Below, piece by piece: positions 36,374 to 41,986 of a DNA stretch of 41,986 bases. The notes beneath the pieces are model-generated. The model was not told where the DNA came from. It made no database searches and saw nothing but the letters and a program-made list of their open reading frames with translations. The DNA comes from an uncultured bacterium (GTDB taxonomy: Bacteria > Desulfobacterota > Dissulfuribacteria > Dissulfuribacterales > UBA3076): assembly GCA_965539945.1 (NCBI GenBank), contig CBETWD010000003.1, positions 1-41,986 on the forward strand, in the 5' to 3' direction. The translations under genes and the position numbers were made by a program. The stretch's first letter is position 1; each line of letters starts with the position of its first letter.

Positions 36374-37177
36374 TCATTGCCCTGCAACGGCTGAACGAAC
36401 TGCATCCAGATCCTCCGGTGTGTCCACTTCCAGCGGGGCCTCTTCAACCCTCACAACTCCGATCGAGTAGCCATTTTCAAGGGCCCTGAGCTGTTCCAGC
36501 CGTTCTATCTGTTCGAGTTTCCCCGGAGGGAGAGTAACAAAGGTCTGAAGAAAATTCTGCCTATAGGCGTATAGGCCCAGGTGCCTGAGATAGTCATGGC
36601 CTGATCCTTTGGGCAGGTCTCCCACTGTATCAGCGTCTCTGTAGTATGGAATCATGGCCCTGGAGAAGTAGAGGGCCTTCCGGTTATTGTCCACTACCAC
36701 CTTAACCCGGTTGGGATTCAGGGCCTCCCGGGCCTCAAGAGGACATGCAGGAGTTGTCATGGCAAAATCAGGAACCTCAAGGAGCATTTTTATAATTTCA
36801 ACTACTGGTCGCGAATCAAGCAGGGGCTGGTCTCCCTGGATATTAACCACGACATCATTGTCTGAAAGTTCGAGAAGCCTAGCCACCTCTGCAATCCGGT
36901 CCGTCCCGGAAGGATGGCCGGGGTCTGTCATAAAAACCCTTCCACCGGCTGTTTCCACGCACTCTGCAATCCTCGAATCATCAGTCGCCACTACTACCTG
37001 ATCAATGCCGGGGACCTCCAGTGCCCTCTGGTACACATGGAGAATCATCGGGCGGCCCTGAATCTTTGCAAGGGGTTTCCCCGGAAATCTGGATGAGCCA
37101 AAACGTGCCGGGATTATGGCAAACACTTTGATTTGGTGATTTGGTGATTGGGTGATTTGGTGATTGGAAAGATTCAT
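36374..37177 (-). CDS. kdsB: 3-deoxy-manno-octulosonate cytidylyltransferase
   Basis: IIPARFGSSRFPGKPL, VATDD, SGTDR, NIQGDQP, ALYFSR, LEQLRALENG. The N-terminal NHQITQSPNHQI is repeat-derived. Confidence 0.97.
   Translation of the reverse strand: MNLSNHQITQSPNHQIKVFAIIPARFGSSRFPGKPLAKIQGRPMILHVYQRALEVPGIDQVVVATDDSRIAECVETAGGRVFMTDPGHPSGTDRIAEVARLLELSDNDVVVNIQGDQPLLDSRPVVEIIKMLLEVPDFAMTTPACPLEAREALNPNRVKVVVDNNRKALYFSRAMIPYYRDADTVGDLPKGSGHDYLRHLGLYAYRQNFLQTFVTLPPGKLEQIERLEQLRALENGYSIGVVRVEEAPLEVDTPEDLDAVRSAVAGQ
37129..37167. repeat. TGGTGATT octamer array inside the kdsB 5' end
   Basis: TGATTTGGTGATTTGGTGATTGGGTGATTTGGTGATTGG. Confidence 0.9.
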
Positions 37178-37218
37178 GTGATTTACCTAGGGTCAAAAGT
37201 GCCTAAAGTGAGCTAAAG

Positions 37219-38121
37219 TTATGGAATGGTGTCTCCCGGCAACCCCCTGGACTGGCTGTCTTTCTGTTTGATCTCCAGGGCAAGCGGATATACCTGGCTC
37301 TTGGTCATACCGGTAAGGCGGACCAAAAGATCCACACTATCCCTGATTGACAAGCTCTTTTCTGAAATCAGGTGCTGAAGCGCCTTTCCTACTGCCTCCG
37401 GATCCCGGCAGGATTTCCTGTGTCTATCCTCATCCGCCCCTTCTATCACTAAGGTAATCTCACCTTTCACACGTCCCTTTGAAAGCTGCTCTATAATACC
37501 TGATACTAAGCCGGATATTACAGTCTCATACATCTTTGTGAGCTCCCTGGCCATTACCATTCTCCTATCCCCTAAAACACCCAGGATATCTTCCAGGGCA
37601 TCAAGCAGGCGATGGGGTGCCTCGAAAATTACGATTGTGTGAGGGATTTCTGCCAGTTGCTCAAGGGTCTTGCGTCTTTCAGCCCGCTTGTTTGGAAGAA
37701 AGCCAGCGAAAAAAAATGAGTCTGCCGGCATGGCTGCCACGCTCAGGGCCGCAACAATAGCAGATGCCCCTGGTACCGGAACTACGCTGAAACCAGCCTC
37801 CCTGACGAGTTTTACCAGGCCTGCACCCGGGTCTGAGAGTGCAGGGGTGCCGGCATCTGATACCAGAGCCACGTCCTTCCCTTCTGCAAGCAAGGTAATG
37901 ACCTTTTTGGCACTGGTCCTTTCATTGTGCTTGTGGCAGCTCAAGAGGCCGGCCTTGATGCCCATATGAGTGAGTAGCTTTCTGGTACCCCTTGTATCTT
38001 CCGCCGCAACAAGAGAAACCTCACCAAGGACCTCTTTTGCCCTTATACTAATGTCTTTAAGATTTCCAATGGGAGTGCCTACTACATAGAGGACCCCTTT
38101 ATTTGGTGATTTAATCGGCAT
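37219..38121 (-). CDS. rsmI: 16S rRNA C1402 2'-O-methyltransferase
   Basis: LYVVGTPIGNL, AEDTR, VSDAGTPALSDPG, FEAPHR, ARELTKMYE, KGEI. Confidence 0.97.
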   Translation of the reverse strand: MPIKSPNKGVLYVVGTPIGNLKDISIRAKEVLGEVSLVAAEDTRGTRKLLTHMGIKAGLLSCHKHNERTSAKKVITLLAEGKDVALVSDAGTPALSDPGAGLVKLVREAGFSVVPVPGASAIVAALSVAAMPADSFFFAGFLPNKRAERRKTLEQLAEIPHTIVIFEAPHRLLDALEDILGVLGDRRMVMARELTKMYETVISGLVSGIIEQLSKGRVKGEITLVIEGADEDRHRKSCRDPEAVGKALQHLISEKSLSIRDSVDLLVRLTGMTKSQVYPLALEIKQKDSQSRGLPGDTIP

Positions 38122-38325
38122 TCTTCATTCACCGGTTTACACTTTTCCCGAAGTCGAAACTGGAAATTCGAAATTCGAAATTAGGTAACGCATCCCTTTA
38201 TAGACAATGTTGAATGCTAAATGCTGAATTGTGGAATAAGATTTAAAAGACATATACCTTAATTCAAAATTTAGAATTTAGAATTCAAAATTGTGTCTGA
38301 ACGGCCTTTTCGTTCAGACACTAAT
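38111..38325. repeat. Composite intergenic repeat: GAAATTC arm, then TGAAT(G/T)(C/T)/AATTCAA arms and hairpin
   Basis: The left part matches 9214-9325 and the right part matches 16757-16822. Confidence 0.88.
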
Positions 38326-38920
38326 CACTTGATTGTCTGTATACATGAAAAATACGCTGCAGGGCGGTTATGTGCGTAAAAATTGCGATAATTACCAGAA
38401 CCGGATAAATCCATCCGAAGACAAGGCCCACAACAAGGATGAATATACGTTCAAACCTGGTAAGCACTCCCACCTTACAGCTAAAACCCAGGGCCTCTGC
38501 CCTTGCCCTGGTGTAGCTGACAAGGAGAGACCCTGTCATTGCGGAAAGTACAAGGGCCGCTTCGACCAAACCGCCCTGCCTGTGCAGCATCAGATAGGCC
38601 ATCAGCCCCAGAAAGAGAAAGAATTCAGCATACCTGTCCACTGTTGAGTCAAGAAAGGCGCCAAAGGGGCTGACCCGTCCCTGCTCCCTGGCGAGCAGTC
38701 CATCAACAGCATCCAGGGGTCCGAATACGACAAGCAGCCAACCGGCAGCCGCCGGATGACCCATGCCAAGTACCATGCCGCTTGCTCCATAGGCAATAAG
38801 CCCGATGATGCTGACCATGTTGGGAGATAGACCGAGCTTTCCCAAAAAACGGGCCACTAAAAGCAGATAGGGCCTGAACCGGTCACGACACCAATCGCTG
38901 AAAGACCAATCAATCACCAA
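38321..38920 (-). CDS. CDP-alcohol phosphatidyltransferase (phosphatidylinositol-phosphate synthase-like)
   Basis: SPNMVS, DAVDGLLAR...GAFLDSTVDRYAE, SLLVSYTRARAEALG, RFERI. Confidence 0.88.
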   Translation of the reverse strand: MVIDWSFSDWCRDRFRPYLLLVARFLGKLGLSPNMVSIIGLIAYGASGMVLGMGHPAAAGWLLVVFGPLDAVDGLLAREQGRVSPFGAFLDSTVDRYAEFFLFLGLMAYLMLHRQGGLVEAALVLSAMTGSLLVSYTRARAEALGFSCKVGVLTRFERIFILVVGLVFGWIYPVLVIIAIFTHITALQRIFHVYRQSSD

Positions 38921-38950
38921 ATCACCAAATCACTCAATCACCAAATCACT
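38905..38950. repeat. AATCACCA octamer array spanning the ileS stop and the next start
   Basis: ACCAATCAATCACCAAATCACCAAATCACTCAATCACCAAATCACT. Confidence 0.9.
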
Positions 38951-41758
38951 CAGCACTCTTGAACACCGGCCGCATACATCAGGCCATGAAGGGTCTTTGC
39001 CCACATCTTCACTCCAGGTCCAACACCTGGCGCATTTTTCACCCGCTGCCTGGATAACCTTGACAGCAAGCCCTTCTATCTCATCGCTCTGCCATACAGT
39101 ACTGTCCCCTGAGTCAAGTTCCCCACTCAAGTCAAGCTGGGAAACAATGGTAATAGTCCTTAGTAGTTCCCTGTGTTCTTCCATGAAGTCTGCCATATTT
39201 TCAGGAGGCCTTATCAGGACCTTTGCATCCAGGGCAAGGCCTATCCGTTTTTCTTTCCTGGCAAGTTCCAGTGCCTTTGTAACTTCTCCCCGGATTTTCC
39301 ATAGGAGTTCCCATTCAGCATTGAACGATTTATCAATGGAAATGGACGGGGGATCAGGCAACTCAGCCAGAAAAATACTCTCAGTCCCAGCGCTTGGCAG
39401 GTGGCTCCAGGCCTCCTCAGCAGTAAATGAAAGTATCGGGGCCATAAGAAGCACTATATCATGGACAATACGGTAAATGGCTGTCTGGGCAGAACGGCGG
39501 ATACGGCCCTCCGGGTGCTCACAGTAGAGTCTGTCTTTTAAGATATCCAGATAGAGTGCGCTCAGGTCAACTATGCAGAACTGTTGTATTTGGCGGAACA
39601 CACCGTGGAAATTAAACTCCTTATAGGCATGTTTGACGCTTGTAGTTATTTCTCCAAGCCTCACCAGGGCCCAGCGATCAAGGGCTTCCAGTCGGTCAAA
39701 ATCCAAAGAGTGCTTATCCGGGTCAAAATCAGACAGGTTGCTGAGAAGATAACGGATAGTATTGCGGATCTTCCTGTATGCCTCAGTCAGGCGCTGAAGT
39801 ATCTCGTTTGAGATCTTTATATCATCCTGGTAGTCCTCTGCTGAGACCCAGAGCCTCAGCACCTCTGCTCCGTATTTCTTGATGACATCAGCCGGCGGGA
39901 TAACATTACCCACTGACTTGGACATCTTTTTCCCCTTTCCGTCCACAACAAAACCATGGGTAAGCACTGCCTCGTAGGGTGCCTTGTGTCTGGTCGCAAC
40001 GCTGGTAAGAAGTGAACTCTGGAACCATCCCCTGTGCTGATCACTTCCTTCCAGATAAAGGGCAGCCGGAGAGGAAAGCCCTTCCCGGGTCTCCAGGACC
40101 GCTGCATGGCTCACCCCTGAATCAAACCAGACATCCAGTATATCGATCTCTTTGCGAACTCTTGTGCCTCCACACTTTGGACAAGCAGTTCCAGGAGGAA
40201 GGAATTCCTCTGCCTCCCTTGCAAACCACGCATCAGAGCCTTCTTTTTCAAAGATTTCTACCAGGCGATCCGCTATTGCCCGGTCCATTACAGGTTCTTC
40301 GCAATCCTCACAGATAAGGACCGTAAGGGGAATACCCCAAGCCCTCTGTCTGGAAATGCACCAATCAGGCCTTGTCTCTATCATTCCGTAAATACGCTCT
40401 TTTCCCCAGTCCGGAATCCATCTGACGGTCTCAATGGCGCGAAGGGCCTCTTCACGCAACGCCCCTGCCTCCATGGAGATGAACCACTGCGCGGTTGCTC
40501 GAAAAATTACCGGCTTTTTGCAACGCCAGCAGTGGGGATAGCTGTGCTCAATGGTCTCATGAGCCACAAGGCTGCCCTTATCTCGCAGCATTTCAACAAT
40601 CTTGTCATTTGCATTAAAAATGTTTTCTCCCTCGAATTCCTTTACCTCTGATGTAAACCTGCCGTAGTCGTCCACAGGGGAATAGATATCAAGGCCGTAT
40701 CTGATGCCGCTTTCATAGTCATCCGCTCCGTGGCCCGGAGCTGTGTGAACACAGCCTGTGCCTGTATCAAGCGTAACATAAGGGGCGATAATGATGAGAC
40801 TATCCCTTTCAAGGAAGGGGTGTTTTACATGCATTCCTTCAATATCTCCGCCCCTGAATGTACCGAGGACTTTGGCATCTTTCTGCTCAAGACCAGCATC
40901 AATCAGGGTAGAAAGCAACCTTCCCTCTGCCAGTATCCAGACTTCTTTTTCCCCACCAACCTGGACCTCAACAGCCACATAGTCAAAGTCAGGGTGCAGC
41001 GCCACCGCCAGGTTGGCAGGCAGAGTCCAGGGAGTAGTGGTCCAGATAAGCGCAAAGGCAGGACCGGCCAACATTCCAAAACGATCCTCAAGCCACTGTT
41101 TGAGGACATCTCCGGCTGCAAATCTTACTGTAATTGAAGGAGACTTGTGTGGGGCGTACTCTACCTCAGCCTCTGCCAGTGCAGTCACACAAGTAGGACA
41201 CCAATAGACTGGTTTTTTACTCTTAATGACATGACCATCCATAAATATGTGACAGAACTCTCTACAGATGGCGGCTTCGTAGTCGTATGTCATTGTGAGA
41301 TAAGGGTTATCCCAGTCTCCCAATATTCCAAGCCTTGAGAATTCTTCTTTCTGTATGCGTACAAATTTTTCCGCATAGCGCCGGCACGCCTTACGCACGG
41401 CCAACTTGCTCATCTTGGACCTCTTGGACCCCAAGTCTTTCTCAACGTTGTGCTCAATGGGCAGTCCGTGGCAGTCCCACCCCGGCACATACGGCGTATC
41501 AAACCCCATCATATGGTGAGATTTTACAATTATGTCCTTCAGGACCTTATTGATCGCATGCCCCAGGTGTATGTGGCCATTTGCATAGGGAGGGCCGTCA
41601 TGAAGTATGAAAGGGGGCCGTCCCTGTCCTTGTTCTCTCAGGTGCCCATAAAGGTCCATGGCCTTCCAGCGCTTGAGCATTTCAGGCTCCCGCTGAGCGA
41701 GATTTGCCTTCATTGGAAAGCGTGTCTTAGGAAGGCTTAGTGTCTTTTTGTATTCCAT
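38930..41758 (-). CDS. ileS: Isoleucine--tRNA ligase (type 1)
   Basis: LHDGPPYANG, HLGH, GWDCHGLP, WTTTPWT, KMSKS, C-terminal CARCW...CGRC. Confidence 0.98.
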   Translation of the reverse strand: MEYKKTLSLPKTRFPMKANLAQREPEMLKRWKAMDLYGHLREQGQGRPPFILHDGPPYANGHIHLGHAINKVLKDIIVKSHHMMGFDTPYVPGWDCHGLPIEHNVEKDLGSKRSKMSKLAVRKACRRYAEKFVRIQKEEFSRLGILGDWDNPYLTMTYDYEAAICREFCHIFMDGHVIKSKKPVYWCPTCVTALAEAEVEYAPHKSPSITVRFAAGDVLKQWLEDRFGMLAGPAFALIWTTTPWTLPANLAVALHPDFDYVAVEVQVGGEKEVWILAEGRLLSTLIDAGLEQKDAKVLGTFRGGDIEGMHVKHPFLERDSLIIIAPYVTLDTGTGCVHTAPGHGADDYESGIRYGLDIYSPVDDYGRFTSEVKEFEGENIFNANDKIVEMLRDKGSLVAHETIEHSYPHCWRCKKPVIFRATAQWFISMEAGALREEALRAIETVRWIPDWGKERIYGMIETRPDWCISRQRAWGIPLTVLICEDCEEPVMDRAIADRLVEIFEKEGSDAWFAREAEEFLPPGTACPKCGGTRVRKEIDILDVWFDSGVSHAAVLETREGLSSPAALYLEGSDQHRGWFQSSLLTSVATRHKAPYEAVLTHGFVVDGKGKKMSKSVGNVIPPADVIKKYGAEVLRLWVSAEDYQDDIKISNEILQRLTEAYRKIRNTIRYLLSNLSDFDPDKHSLDFDRLEALDRWALVRLGEITTSVKHAYKEFNFHGVFRQIQQFCIVDLSALYLDILKDRLYCEHPEGRIRRSAQTAIYRIVHDIVLLMAPILSFTAEEAWSHLPSAGTESIFLAELPDPPSISIDKSFNAEWELLWKIRGEVTKALELARKEKRIGLALDAKVLIRPPENMADFMEEHRELLRTITIVSQLDLSGELDSGDSTVWQSDEIEGLAVKVIQAAGEKCARCWTWSEDVGKDPSWPDVCGRCSRVLSDLVIE

Positions 41759-41789
41759 TGTTTAGTCCTCTGGATTATTTTGTATCTAT

Positions 41790-41960
41790 GGATTGATGAT
41801 TGTTGATTGTTGATTGCTCTATTGTTCTATTCTCATGCCTTCTCCCCTGCCCTTGACCCTTGACCCTTGACCCTTGACCTTTTGCCCCACTACGAACTAC
41901 GAACTATACACACTACGAACTATAATTTCCTTTGCTCTCTGCCCCCTGCCCCCTGCCCTA
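41790..41960. repeat. Stack of several different heptamer arrays upstream of ileS
   Basis: GATTGTT repeats, CCCTTGA x4, CTACGAA repeats and GCCCCCT repeats in succession. Confidence 0.9.
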
Positions 41961-41986
41961 ATCCGACCTCAAATACGGATTGAAAT

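Noticed and set aside
36178-36447. 89-aa minus-strand ORF
   Set aside because: It overlaps the kdsB end and is antisense to the YgiT-type fragment.
1264-41740. Numerous antisense or alternative-frame ORFs inside long genes (e.g. 13525-14136, 22565-23167, 29420-30169)
   Set aside because: Shadow ORFs of well-supported genes, with no recognisable motifs.
41759-41986. T-box riboswitch upstream of ileS
   Set aside because: No T-box consensus seen; the region is filled with heptamer arrays.

Overview
A mostly housekeeping chromosomal segment, probably from a Desulfobacterota (deltaproteobacterial) genome; the taxon is inferred from gene content only. Core genes: rnhA, menG/ubiE, the futalosine menaquinone genes (mqnE, mqnC, a deaminase, mqnA), slyD, lolA, nadA, smc, recJ, kdsB, rsmI, a CDP-alcohol phosphatidyltransferase and ileS. 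Three accessory layers sit on top. (1) A decayed island at the left end: truncated RecG-C/HATPase gene, IS21-like end, orphan XRE antitoxin and a GC-rich AddAB-like helicase-nuclease pair. (2) Two integron remnants: an integrase-less array at 10.4-11.9 kb (two attC sites, a higBA cassette, a zinc-ribbon cassette, headed by a group II intron 3' end that appears to sit inside the GTTA^GCGC core site), and a truncated intI + attI + cassette + second-cassette fragment at 34.8-36.4 kb. (3) Many gene junctions carry small elements built from 7-9-bp tandem repeats, often as inverted arms and sometimes nested. Several types recur at the same position relative to start or stop codons and appear to supply stops, ribosome-binding sites, starts and terminal residues of host genes. 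This third layer is the best candidate for an undescribed system. Other notable proteins: a histidine-phosphatase/BASS-like transporter fusion behind a sigma-54 promoter, and a PCP_red-HutW radical SAM fusion.
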